DNA of 64,000 nucleotides, taken from Eukaryota sp. TZLM1-RC. Its lineage: Eukaryota > Protista > Metamonada: BaSk clade. Shown here in pieces: positions 10,955-23,346 of this stretch (positions are counted from its first letter, which is position 1; every line of letters begins with the position of its first letter). Position numbers and translations under genes: made by a program. The notes beneath the pieces were generated by a model that made no database searches, was not told the DNA's origin, and saw only the letters and a program-made list of their open reading frames with translations. The stretch covers positions 2,294,001 to 2,358,000 of the forward strand of contig JAUPSS010000002.1 in the NCBI GenBank assembly GCA_040285825.1, read 5' to 3'.

Positions 10955-11500
10955 GTTTCTTTTATTAAACTTGCACACTTAACAAAATAAACTCATAACT
11001 AATGGGACGAAAATCATTGAACCAAGATTTCTTCTACAAAATCTTGATCTGCTTGCTGTCTAGCTAAAGCTTCTCTAATTCGATTGGAAAACCGAGGTAA
11101 TCTATTAATAACGGTAAATTGAATCCGAGAGCGCCATAAAAAAATATAAAATCTTTTCATTGTTTTTTCTTGCACCATTTTTTGGAAGTCATTCAAAAAA
11201 ATTTCTGCTTCATCTGATAATCTTCCATTTTTTGAAAATGGGAAAGTCATAAAAACTAGCTGTGTAGTTCTATCAGCATTAACCTCTTCAATATCTTCAT
11301 CATATTTTCTATGCTTTTGCTTTGCTTTAAAATCAAGAGCATTCACAGGATTAAATTTTCTTTTGTGAACCAACGTATCATTTGCAACATTACATGAGAC
11401 AAAATCAACAATAGCTTCAGAATTATCAATCCAATCACAATATACATCACCTCTTTCATCAGAACCAAAACTATTCAATAACAGTGTTTCCTTCAGCAGA
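10955..11500 (-). mobile_element. 5'-truncated RLE non-LTR retrotransposon, family A 3' end
   Basis: ORF 11014-11478 with ERGD..D..K..KY endonuclease motifs, C-terminus ..DFVEEILVQ, and 3' UTR shared with the other family A copies. Confidence 0.9.
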
Positions 11501-11502
11501 TG

Positions 11503-11667
11503 TGTTAGCTTAGGCTAAACGTGCTTTTCTGATTTAGGAAAGTATGACGTAATATCACGTCACCAATAGTTTAAATTCCTCGTTTTTTTTATTTGATTTT
11601 CTTATCTCCGTTCCATAAACTCCATTCTTATTTTATTTTCATGGAAAACCGTGCACTGAAGCCAACA
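11503..11667 (+). repeat. 5' LTR of LTR family 1 (165 bp)
   Basis: About the first 100 nt recur at 17615. The 3' end (GCCAACA) is assigned by analogy with the other LTRs and the TGTT/AACA terminal inverted repeat. Confidence 0.7.
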
Positions 11668-14600
11668 GTAATTACTGTGGACTCAAGAGAATCCATTTCT
11701 GTCGCCAGGTACCCTCAAGTTGCTGCCTACCTAAAGCAGACTGGTCGAGAAACCATCTCCCAATATGTGGAAGCGCTTACGGTGTACGTATCACATATGT
11801 CATCTAATCATGTCTCGTCGGACATGACAAGAAGATATCCGTCCGCCACTCACTCTCAGTCTCCCTCTTGTTCGAAAGCGACCGAGCCCTCCTCCTATGA
11901 TTCCGACCGAGAAGCTATCAAGGCTCTCGCCCAAGAAGTCGCTGCCCTGAAATCTAAACTTTCTCTCGCCGAGAAATCCGAACTGAGCACTGAAAAGTCC
12001 TCCGAATCCACCCCTATCTCCATTGAAACGGGAAAACCATGTCCGTCCTTTAACCCTCGAGATTTCAAACTTCCCTCTGAACTAGCTTATGAAGATAGCC
12101 TGGATCATTCTTCTGACTCCTCTGACTCAACCAACGTCGCCACTTTCGAGAAGTGCCGCCTCGTCTCTGAAACCAACTCCATCAAGCCATGCTCATATAT
12201 GTATTATGTATTATTGCCCCCGTGGTGCTATCAACCCTAACGACCCCGAAACAGTCCTTTCTCACCTGTTATCCTTTTGCCGTTTCAAAGACTCTGCTGA
12301 AGCTTATCATAAGCTCCAGTCTCTGAAACTTAACCTGTCCGTTTCCACCTCTGAAGAAGCCATTACTTCCTACATCTCTGCGTTCCTTAAGAAACTCCGT
12401 CTCTGTCCCTCAAAATTGCCTGAAGCTGCCCGAATGAAGTCCTTCGTCAATGGAATCCGCCCAGAAAGACTCCGTTTCATTATCCGAACTGACGTGGAAA
12501 TTGGCTCCATAACAAGCTTTTCCTCTCTAGTCTCTCGCCTCCGCAAGCTTCTATCTTCCTAACACCTTCCATACTCCGATTATTATACTCTACATGACTC
12601 AATCCCTCCTCCTCCTCCTAGAACTCAACCCCCTCCTCCTAACTCTCGAACTCCCCAGGTTCACCGCTCTTCCAACAAGTCTAATCCGGCCCGTTCCACT
12701 TCCAAGTCCTCGCCTTCCTATCAAAGTCCCCATTCTGAGCGAAAGTATTTCTCTCCTCAGAAGTCTCTCTCTCCCATTACATGTTTCTACTGCAAGAAAC
12801 CCGGTCACATGGTGAAGGATTGTCCCAAGCCTGGATGCAAGATCAGTAAAACTTCCCGGATGTACGGAAATAACCCTACCCTCCAAAGAAGGCATAACCT
12901 CCGTGACTGGCTCCCCTCCGTATCCAAAGAACTCGCTCCTTTAACCGCGCTATTAAAGAACAAGCCCAAACGCATCAAGCTAGGACCTCAAGAATTTCAA
13001 TGTTTTGATAACATCAAAGAAATGGTGATTAACAACCTTCCCCTCGCCCTGCCAGACTCTGATGGTACCATCCTTGTGTCCACTGACGCCTCCAACAAAG
13101 CCATCGCTGGCATCATTTGGAAAGAATTTGAACCATCTTCCCCAGGAACCTGCCTTTCAAAACGCAAGGTAATGCCTGTGTCATTTTACTCGCGCATTCT
13201 GACTTCATCCCAACAACGCTGGTCTACCCTCCAGAAAGAACTTTTCGCTATTGTAATGACGCTGAACCAACCCAATCTCTCGTCTTTTCTTCTCACAAAG
13301 CATTTAACTATCCTCTGTGACCATGAGAACTTTGCCTACTTGTGCTCTTGCCCCGACGACAACCGAGTTGTCCTCCGTTGGATTTCCGTCTTTCAGTTCT
13401 TCTCCTTCTATTGTGTACACATTGAAGGAACCAAGAACTACTGGGCTGACTACCTATCTAGAGCTAACTATGTTGAATCCGCCCCAAAGAAGAAAAAAAA
13501 GAGAAGAAGAGCAGAAGTGTCTCTGACCAATTTGCCCCGCTTTGTGCTGCATGATGACCCATCGAGGATCGGCTAAATCTCCACTTTGGAACTACCTGAA
13601 CCTCGACGATCTGACGCACTCCTCCTCACACTGGTATAACACCGACTTCAACACTGCTCAAAGAACTCATCACTTTTCCGCCCTCCGTTCTAAGACTCCG
13701 TTACAGCCTACCTCCACTGCCACAAACACTTCATCCAATATTATTTGAATCCCGAACCTCACGAACTACTCTTTCCCTCCTCCGCCCGCTTTTTCGTCCT
13801 CTCCACCGATCTGCCACTTCTGTTTGTCAACATCACTGCCCCAAGGGATTTTGGCAAGGCTGCATTTCGTCCTCAACCTGTTCACGCTTCTGATGAACCC
13901 CTTGGCTTACAAGCTAGGAATCTGAAGGTAAATGATTTGGTTCAACAAGCCAACTGGAACTCCCGCATCTATTTTCAACACCCCAAGATGCCTGGCCTAG
14001 ACTATTTCCCTGAGGCTATGCCCCTGAACGCCCATCCTATCATCCTGATCAACATCCATCCTAACGTCACCCTAGGAGCTCTTATTGAAAACGTACACAT
14101 CTTTCATTTGATCCCCCTTCCTACTCACATGGTCCCTTTTAGCTGGGAAAAAAACCGCCACCTCACCCATCGTTACCGCCACTGGATCAATCAGTTGTAC
14201 CTTAATGACGAGCCAGCTTCAATGTACTATCCCAGCCTCTGGAGACGCGCTGAACAATGTGGCTACCGCTTTCATGATTTGGCCCCTCCTCCCTGCAACC
14301 CCAGAGAATGTTCCAACATTCCCAAGTGCGGCGACCATTTCCCCTGGACCTCCGACATGCTCACTGTCAGCTCCTATGATGAACAGTTATATGATTTTCG
14401 TTTAAACCCTACTGCCCTGACATACTCCGAGTTGAAATCTCCCTTGGATTATTCCGCTCAGGTTAACTGCCAACCTCTCCCCGACCCCATCTACGCCAAT
14501 TATATCTTGTCTCCGTCCCGAGACGTGACCAGTTTTATTCCCCTCTGATTGTTGAAGCCCATAGTTCACCTGATTAATCACTATGGCAATGATGAATCAA

Positions 14601-15031
14601 TTCCCTGCCCCGTCGCAGTCCCTGGTGTAGAACTTGTTTACGGTCATCAGATCGACCCCAGTGACCGACAACTTCTATATAACTTGGAACCTCTGGAATA
14701 TCCCTCAATCGCTGAGCAACCCTCATTCTGCCCTGACCCCGAATTCCTCCATGACGATTCCTCTGTGACTGACCAACTAACTCGTTCTTGGGCCTCCGTG
14801 ATCTCCGCCTTCAAAAATACAACTACGCCAACCCCTCCCAAATACTCTCCTCAGGTAAACGATCGAGTTTTTGTTCTGTACGAGAAGCCAGACAAGGTCC
14901 ACGGCCACTATGTTGGTCCTTATACCATTCAGGAAGTATTATCTTCTAATTCCGTCCTCTTGTTTAATCCCGTGACCCGTTCGAAGCTCAAGACTTCTAC
15001 TCATCTAATCAAACCCAGTTATTCCTCTCTA

Positions 15032-17389
15032 TGATGCCGCAGGTTGGAAAAGTTCTTTTTAACTGGAATATTTATTGAGATAAAAAAACCCATCTAGAAT
15101 TCAATATCCTCCAACCAAGCGTCACTATTACTAAACCTACTCACAGCATTACGTTTATATTCTACACCAATAGCTAAAAGTGCCTTTGAAATCATTGTTG
15201 GAATAGACTTGAAAATGCAAAAAACAATTCTATTTAACCAAAAAGTGGAATTCATTGTTTTACTAGACCTATTCAGTAACACTTTTTTGAAATTTAAAAA
15301 AAGTGCAACCCTGAAGGTCCAATATTGCCAAAAAGAGAAATTGCAAACGGCACAAACTGATATTTCACATGTTTCACTCTACCTCAATGTGCCAAAGGTT
15401 CTTCATATTTTTTATATTCTTTTTTCGGCGTTGAATAACGGCGAATCAGCGGAATACACTAAACGAGCAGCAAAATTTTTGAAAACATCAACTGAGACGA
15501 CATCTACACAATTGAGAACACCATCGATCTCTGGAGCTACTAAATCTGCCCTTCTTTTACCAAAGGAATCATCAGTTTGATCTGAAGACAGTTTACGTAC
15601 TAATGGCTCAATAAATGCCTCTATATTGAAACTTTTGCACATGGCATATAATTGATCACGAACTGAGTCATAAACAATTGAGCGATAAGTTATAAAATAC
15701 TTACAGTTTAAAATATGGGAAAGCGTAACAACACTCTTGCAGCGACAAATTAGATCATTTGGTAAAGAACAAGGCCATAGAAAACATCTCATTCTCATTG
15801 CCAGTGGTGATCATTAAGTAGAAGGCCATAAAGGTTGGAAAAGTGGGGTTAAGATAAAGATAATGAGGAAAAGGTTGATTTATTTTCTAATCGTAACATA
15901 TAAGCCTTAGGGCACCAACACTGCTTCTTATCTTTTTCAAAATAAATCAGCTTATATGAATATGAAACAAAAGCAAGATCGACGAAGTAAGATCGACAAT
16001 GGATGTACTATGACTCTCCTACAATAATGTTAGTATAAGGTAGTAAACAATAACTGAAAAGGGCCTTGTTTCAAAATCTGTGTGCTTGAATACTTTGTTG
16101 TGTATGTTTTAATCGCTACATAAAGACGCTCTGCTTCTTCTTTTTTTCGTAAACGAGAAACGTGGTAGTGTCGTTTAGAAAAGGTAGCATGGAATCGAAG
16201 AATGGAGTCGTTAATGATCATGCAGGGTCTATGATGGATCAAAAACAACAGTAAGCAAAGTAACAAACCTCAGAAACACGAAGGCGGCGTCTTTTGTTGT
16301 AAAAGTACTGGCTTTACGACTGAAAATATCAGAGGAGCAAGGACCGTATTTTTGCATTGTAGTACAATAACAGTGGAGGTGGAGTTTCTACTCGTAACCT
16401 CGTATTTGGTCGACTTTTCTCGTTTTTGGCTCCATAAGGAAGGGAACTGCTCGAATTAATAAGAGTCCATTGATTCGAGGTAAGGCTCCGCGTCCTTGTT
16501 AGGAGTTTGTAGAATCCATCACTGGAGTTATCTTCCCCTTCCGTGATATGTACTCTCCTGAAGACGTTGATTATTTAAAGTGGGATTTCCATTCGCTTCT
16601 TTTATAAGATGCTACATTAGGGAGGGAGAGGGAACTGGTCCGTTCTCGTAGCCTCCTCTGATTCTTCTAGGTTCTACTTCCTTTGTGAGGGGAAAGGGAA
16701 CCGGGTCCGTCCTCTTAAAATCTGTTAGGGTCTCCCTTATAGACCAAAGTTTGAAATCCAACGTTTCTGCCTATATTTGGAATTTGCTTCCATAAAGGAG
16801 GAAGCTGCTCAAACAAGCAGTAATCTGTAGGTTCGAGGTGAGCCTCCGCGTCCTTGATATTTTCTTGGCGAAGTCCTTTCTCTTCGTCATCCGATTCGTC
16901 TAAGACGGATTGAAGTTCTTCATTTCCTTGAAGGACTGTCGAAGTTTCAGAACTTGAACCAACATTTGTATTATTAGGTGAAGAGGGGGGAAGGGTCCTG
17001 TTTCTGAAACCTTTTGTGGCTTGTTGGACTTGGAAGAGGCGGGAGGTGGTTCCGTGGCTTATTCCGTTATTTCGGACTTAAAAGAAGCGCGGGAGATGGT
17101 TCCGTGCCTGGTTCCATAAGTTTACTTTGAGGAGGGGCGAAGGGTGGTCTCGAGCCCGAATCCTCATCTATATTCGACTTTACCACTTGTCCTGTTGATG
17201 TATGTATGCTGAAAGCATTCCTGTCGTGTTCTGTAAAAAAGCTGTGCCTTGTCAAAGTGGTATATCTATAACCTAAATGGCCATCAATTAATGATGCCGT
17301 AGCTTGGAAAAGTGGGGTTAAGATAAAGATAATGAGAAAAAGGTTGATTCATTTTCTAATCATAACATATAAGCCTTAGGGCGCCAACA
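15032..17389 (-). mobile_element. Non-autonomous LTR element (family 2) with 98-bp LTRs, nested in LTR family 1
   Basis: LTRs at 17292-17389 and 15032-15053 + 15845-15920. TSD TCTA (15028-15031 / 17390-17393). PPT gaaaaagataagaagcag on the minus strand. Decayed interior with no long ORF. Confidence 0.85.
15054..15831 (-). mobile_element. 5'-truncated RLE retrotransposon family B inserted in an LTR
   Basis: 13-bp TSD AGGTTGGAAAAGT (15041-15053 / 15832-15844). Encodes CRC..HILNC, RRADL and ..LEDIEF; AATAAA plus short A-rich tail. Confidence 0.9.
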
Positions 17390-17705
17390 TCTACCCCAAT
17401 CTGTTCTCGATGCTTCCGCTGCCGCTGACGCTGGAGAAACCTTCCTTGACGCTATCTTAGGCATCGAATCGGACATTGCTACTGTACTATGGTCCGATGG
17501 TACCACCACCAAGCAACCCGTAGCCTCCATTAGTAACACAGCCGCCTACCACGGTTCCTCAAGCTAGCTGATCCTCCTGTCCAGAAGAGACGCGAAAGAA
17601 AGAAGAAGAGGTAGTGTTATCTTAGGCTAAACGTGCTTTTTTGATTGAGGAAAGTATGACGTGTTATCACGTCACCAATAGTTTAAATTCCTTGTTTGTT
17701 TTCTT

Positions 17706-18550
17706 TTATTTGAATTTCTTAGGTATGTTCTGTACGGATGTCACCAATTGGTTTAAAGAAGACGTCACAAATTGACGCTGTTCTTCGGATAGCGAAGCGG
17801 AAGAAAGAAGCTCTAACGGCGCGGTATCAGTTGGAACAGGAACTTGTGGCTGTGAGGGAACTTGAATAGGAACATGGGAATGCTCCAAATGCCAGTGAAG
17901 ATGGAATAAATCAACTGAGAGTTGGTTTCCGCTTTCATACAGTTGAAGAAGCTGAGATGATGACGGAAGACCAAAGTTGGATGAAAGCCGATCATTGGGA
18001 AGAGAGTCGCATTGTGATTGTGATCTTATCACTTCGTCCGCAACCAGGATGCAGATGAAATTGGGAAGTTTTTTCAAGATAGGTTGAATGAAAGAATTTA
18101 CGTATTCTAGATAGATCAAGTTAATATCAGCGTCTCTAGTCTCTTGAAATTTGTGTTCAGCCACTATATTCGACCACATAACAACCGTCTTCTCCGCAAT
18201 ATCTGCCAAATCACCAGTGGATACTTTAAGATATCTTTTCAGAACACTGTGAATTGATTCAACTCGAGATGAAGCCCTCTGTCCAAGGTTGAAATCATAA
18301 GTAGTATGACAAACCAAAAATTTTTCGCCATAATTGTCAACCAAATCATTGAGATAATCAATCAACTGGGAAAACATGTGCAACTCCTGATCAAATTTGT
18401 TCTTTTTCTGCAGCATTGACACGTGGTCCCCGGCATAGCAAACTGATTTCCATAAACTTCGTACTTTGTCTTTCAGATCAGTATCTCGTACGAAAGAACG
18501 GATCTTGGTTTCTACATTCTTATTGATATGCCATAAGCATACTCTATGTT
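17706..18550 (-). pseudogene. MULE/Mutator-type (FAR1-like) transposase fragment
   Basis: HRVCLWHINKNV (CxxH motif, ~18510-18548) followed, after a frameshift, by SSRVESIHSVLKRYL, the catalytic-E motif of MULE transposases. Confidence 0.75.
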
Positions 18551-18597
18551 GCCGAAAAATCTAAAATTGATAAATATAAAGCAAAGTTGGCTTACTA

Positions 18598-20015
18598 AAT
18601 TGTATTTATTGAATTTACACACTTAATTAAATTAACTCATAACTAATGGGACGACTATCATTGAATCAAGATTTCCTCTACAAAATCTTGATCTGCTTGC
18701 TGTCTAGCTAAAGCTTCTCTTATTCGATTGAAAAACCGAGGTAATCTATTAATAATGGCAAATTGAATCCGTGAACGCCATAAAAAAATATCAAATCTTT
18801 TCATTGTTTTTTCTTGCACCATTTTTTGGAAGTCATTCAAAAAAATTTCTGCTTCATCTGATAATCTTCCATTTTTTGAAAATGGGAAAGTCATAAAAAC
18901 TAGCTGTGTAGTTCTATCAGCATTAACCTCTTCAATATCTTCATCATATTTTCTATGCTTTTGCTTTGCTTTAAAATCAAGAGCATTCACAGGATTAAAT
19001 TTTCTTTTGTGAACCAACGTATCATTTGCAACATTACATGAGACAAAATCAACAATAGCTTCAGAATTATCAATCCAATCACAGTATACATCACCTCTAT
19101 CATCAGAACCAAAATCATTCAGAGACAATGTTTCCTTCAGCAGAGGCTCTTTGATACACGAAATTCTTGCAGTTCGTGCCAAATTAAAAACAGTTTCTCT
19201 AACAGCATCATGTAATGAAGAACGATAAGTTATCAATTTCGAACAATTCATGGCATGGCGCAAAGTGAGTTGTGGTGAATTCGAACAAATACATTTTTCT
19301 TTTGATAATAATTGATGAATGGGGATATTCAAATATAATCTCATTTTTGTTACGAACGCTTCATTAGTAGCACAAAGTCCAAATGTTCGTGGTTCAATGG
19401 TTACAAACAGTGAAGAATCTGATGACTGGTTTTCACAAACACCCTTTCCAATAACAATCAGTGAAGACCTTGATTTAAAACAGCCGCACTGCATATATTA
19501 TTATAAAGATCATTTTCATGCATTCCAGTCAATCGTTTCTGTAAGGAGAGAAGAGTGTTTTAAATTTAAAAAATTCTTCAGGAATATTACCATTGAATTA
19601 TTGGGGAACGTATTGACTCCATTTTTCTACTTCAATTTTTGAAATTTCATCATTTAATCCATAAACAGTAGAACTTTTTGTTGTCATTAATAAATCTTCC
19701 CAATCGGCAAATCTTTCAGAAAACTTAAAAATTGCATTACTACATCCACCAATAAAAGCACATGAAGTAAGAATGGAAGCCTTTGTCTAACCTAAACCGA
19801 CGTAATGTGGACTAAGATAAGCATGATCAGGAATTTCGAACATTTTACATCCTAGTGATTGTGACAAGACTTTTGCACATAATTCATGAAATTTCTGGGT
19901 CAAAGGTCTAGTGATTAGAGGACTTGTAGGTCGAAATATATGATTGAAGTTGGAACTGAAACATTGTCTTATTATGGTAAATTTGATATGTTTCTGTATA
20001 CCCAATTTGATCATT
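18598..20015 (-). mobile_element. 5'-truncated RLE retrotransposon family A (frameshifted)
   Basis: Post-RT thumb region, CIC..HAMNC..HDAVR..KEP..RGD endonuclease, family A 3' UTR. Confidence 0.9.
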
Positions 20016-20016
20016 A

Positions 20017-20211
20017 TTTTTTTTAAAACTGGAATATTTATTGAGATAAAAAAACCCATCTAGAATTCAATATCCTCCAAACAAGCGTCACTATTACTGA
20101 ACCTACTCACAGCATTTCGTTCATATTCTACACCAATAGCTAAAAGAGCTTTAGAAATCATTGTTGGAATAGACTTGAAAATGCAAAAAACAATTCTATT
20201 TAACCAGAAAT
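20017..20211 (-). mobile_element. Short 3' fragment of RLE family B with A8 tail
   Basis: Reverse complement of the 22375-22562 sequence; T-run at 20017-20024. Confidence 0.85.
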
Positions 20212-23200
20212 AATCGTATTTATTGAATTTGCACACTTGATTAAATTAAATCATAACTAATGGGACGACTATCATTAAACCAAGATTTCCTCTACAAAAT
20301 CTTGATTTGCTTGCTGTCTAGCTAAAGCTTCTCTAATTCGATTGAAAAACCGCGGTAATCTATTAATAATGGCAAATTGAATCCGTGAACGCCATAAAAA
20401 AATATCAAATCTTTTCATTGTTTTTTCTTTCACCATTTTTTGGAAGTCATCCAAAAAAGTTTCTGCTTCAACTGATAATCTTCCATTTATCGAAAATGGG
20501 AAAGCAATAAAAACCAGCTGTGTATTTCTATCGACATTTGCATCTTCAATTTCTTTATCATATTTTCTATGTTTTTCTTTTGCTTTAAAATCCAGAGCAG
20601 CCACAGGATTAAGTTTTTTTCTGTGAACCAAAGTATCGTTTGCAACATTACATGAGACAAAGTCAACAATAGCTTCAGAATTATCAATCCAATCACAGTA
20701 TACATCACCTCTATCATCAGAACCAAAATTATTCAGAGAAAGTGTTTCCTTCAGCAGGGGCTCTTTGATACACGATATCCTTGCAGTTTGTGCCATATTG
20801 AAAACAGTGTCTCTAACAGCATCATGTAATGAAGAACGATAAGTTATCAATTTAGAGCAATTTAGAGCATGGCGCAAAGTGAGTCGAGGTGAATTCGAAC
20901 AAATACATTTTTCTTTTGATAATAATTGGTTAATGGGAATGTTCAAATATAATCTCATTTTTGTTACAAATGCTTCATTAGTGGCACACAATCCAAATCT
21001 TCGTGGTACAATGGTTACAAAAAGTGAAGAATCTGACGCCTTGTTTTCACAAACACCCTTTTCCAATAACAATGAGTGAAGATCTTGATTTAAAACAGCC
21101 GAGCTGCAAATATTATTATAAAGATCTTTTTCATACATTCCAGTCAATCTTTTCTGTAATGTTCGAAGAGTGTACTTCAAATTTAAAACATTTTTTTCTG
21201 GAATATTGCCATTGAATGATTGGGGAAAACATCGACCCCATTTTTCTACAATTTTTCTAATTTCCTTGGAGTTCTGTCGCATTTTTAATGAACAAAGAAC
21301 TAATTTTTTAGCAAAATTATTGGAAATTGATGCATCTCAGTTACGAAGCCACATTTTTTGTGGTACAAATTTTGGTGGTGTTGATTTTCATAAGTCAAGC
21401 TACCTTTGTAAAGCTGCCTTTATTGGAGGTGGAAAGAATTTTATTTATGAATTTGTGAATCGTTTTCCTGAAAAAATTCATCTCATTGAAAATTGTGGCA
21501 GCTCCTATCTTATTTCTTTGCAACAGGAAATTGAAACTCTTTCACCCAATATTTGGGCTAAATGTTTCCCCTCTGATATTGTGGAACTTCCTTCAAGAAG
21601 CTTGCTCTCCTTACCATTGACTTTTGCAAAATTGCAGAAAAAATTTTGAAAGTTTTAGAAAACTTGGATTATATTGTACGTCTTAGCTTGGCTAAGGAAA
21701 AAATCCCGTTTTTGCAAACTTTTTTGATTGATCTTGAAGACAGTTGCTCAAGTTGCTTAATCTCCCAAATTCCCAACATTTACGGCCTTCTACTTAATGA
21801 TCACCAATGGACCACTGCAATGAGATTGAGATGTTTTCTATGGCCTTGCTCATTGCCAAATGATTTAATTTGTCGCTGCAAGAGTGTTGTTACGCTTTCC
21901 CATATTTTAAACTGTAAGTATTTCATAACTTATCGCTCACTTGTTCATGACTCAGTTCGTGATCAATTATATGCCATGTGCAAAAGTTTCAATATAGAGG
22001 CATTTATTGAGCCACTAGTACGTAAGCTGTCTTCAGATCAAACTGATGATTCCTTTGGTAAAAGAAGGGCAGATTTAGTAGCTCCAGGGATCGATGGTGT
22101 TCTCAATGTTGTAGACGTTGTCTCAGTGGATGTTTGCAAAAATTCTGCTGCTCGTTTAGTGTATTCCGCTGACTCGCCGTTATCTAACGCCGAAAAAAAG
22201 AAGATAAAAAAATATGAAGAACCTTTGGCACAGTTAGGTAGAGTGGAACATGTGAAATATCAGTTTGTGCCGTTTGCAATTTCTCTTTTTGGCAATATTG
22301 GACCTTCAGGCTTGCACTTTTTGGAAAATTTTAAAAAGTGTTACTGAATAGGTCTGGTAAAACAATGAACTCCACTTTCTGGTTAAATAGAATTGTTTTT
22401 TGCATTTTCAAGTCTATTCCAACAATGATTTCAAAGGCACTTTTAGCTATTGGTGTAGAATATGAACGTAATGCTGTGAGTAGGTTCAGTAATAGTGACG
22501 CTTGTTTGGAGGATATTGAATTCTAGATGGTTATTTTTATCTCAATAAATATTCCAGTTTTTTAAAAAAAAAATTTTTCTACATCAATTCTTGAAATTTC
22601 TTCATTTAATGCAAAAACAGTGGAACTTTGCGTTGTCATCAATAAATCTTCCCAATCTGCAAATCTTTCGGAAAACTCAAAGATTGCATTTCTGCATCCA
22701 CCAACAAAAGCACACGAGGTAAGAATAGAAGCCTTCGTCCACCCTAAACCACCATAATGTGGACTAAGGTAAGCATGATCTGGAATTTGAAACATTTTAC
22801 ATCCCAGTAATTGAGACAGAACTTTTGCACGTAACTCATTAAACTTTTGAGCCAAAGGTCTAGTGACGAGAGGATTTGTAGATCGAAATATATGATTAAA
22901 ATTGGAACTAAAACACAGTCTTATAATGGTAAATTTGATGTGTTTTTTTATATCTAAATTCATCATTCGGTCAATTTTGTCAGAAATTGAGTTCAACTTT
23001 TTAAATAATTTTTTCGTAATTTCATCATTATTTCCTAAAAACGAACCCAAATGACGAATAGCATCAATTGAATATAATTTGGCTTGAATTTCAATATCAT
23101 CAATTATTGTGGAAACTGGAGAATTCGATAACAAAACACATTTAAGTAAATTAAGTCGGAGACCTATTTTGGTAAATAATTCTTTAAAACATACAGTTGC

Positions 23201-23329
23201 TTTTTTCACAATATTTAAATCACCAATAAGCACAACATCATCCATATATGCAATCATTTTTAGTGAAGGAAACATCTCTTGAATTTGCAGTAGAATAGGA
23301 TGAATGGCCAAACAAAACAAAAGAGGTCC
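20212..23329 (-). mobile_element. 5'-truncated RLE family A copy, interrupted by family B
   Basis: TSD TAACCAGAAAT (20201-20211 / 23330-23340). RT motifs GPLLFCLAIHP..AYMDD (ORF 22562-23383) continue into ORF 20275-21282. Confidence 0.9.
21251..22572 (+). mobile_element. 5'-truncated RLE family B copy inserted in family A
   Basis: 11-bp TSD ATTTTTCTACA (21240-21250 / 22573-22583); the uninterrupted target is visible at ~56595. Poly(A) tail; HDSVR..IEP..RRAD..D..EKKKIKKY. Confidence 0.92.
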
Positions 23330-23346
23330 TAACCAGAAATTGGAAT

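Larger units (their letters stand above)
11503..17715 (+). mobile_element. Degenerate Ty3/gypsy-type LTR retrotransposon (LTR family 1), internally deleted, with nested insertions
   Basis: 5' LTR 11503-11667 (TGTT...AACA); truncated 3' LTR from 17615 after PPT aaagaaagaagaagaggtag. Frameshifted gag from ATG 11641, CCHC knuckle CFYCKKPGHMVKDC (~12780), RNase H (TDAS, KELFAI, DHENF, WADYLSR; ~12900-13460), integrase C-terminus VGPY. No protease, RT or integrase core. Confidence 0.85.

Noticed and set aside
11641-11655. TTCA|TGGAAAACC as a canonical LTR end plus tRNA PBS for family 1
   Set aside because: The AACA end at 11667 matches the TGTT start and the pattern of the other three families better. 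It is not fully excluded because the 3' LTR is truncated.
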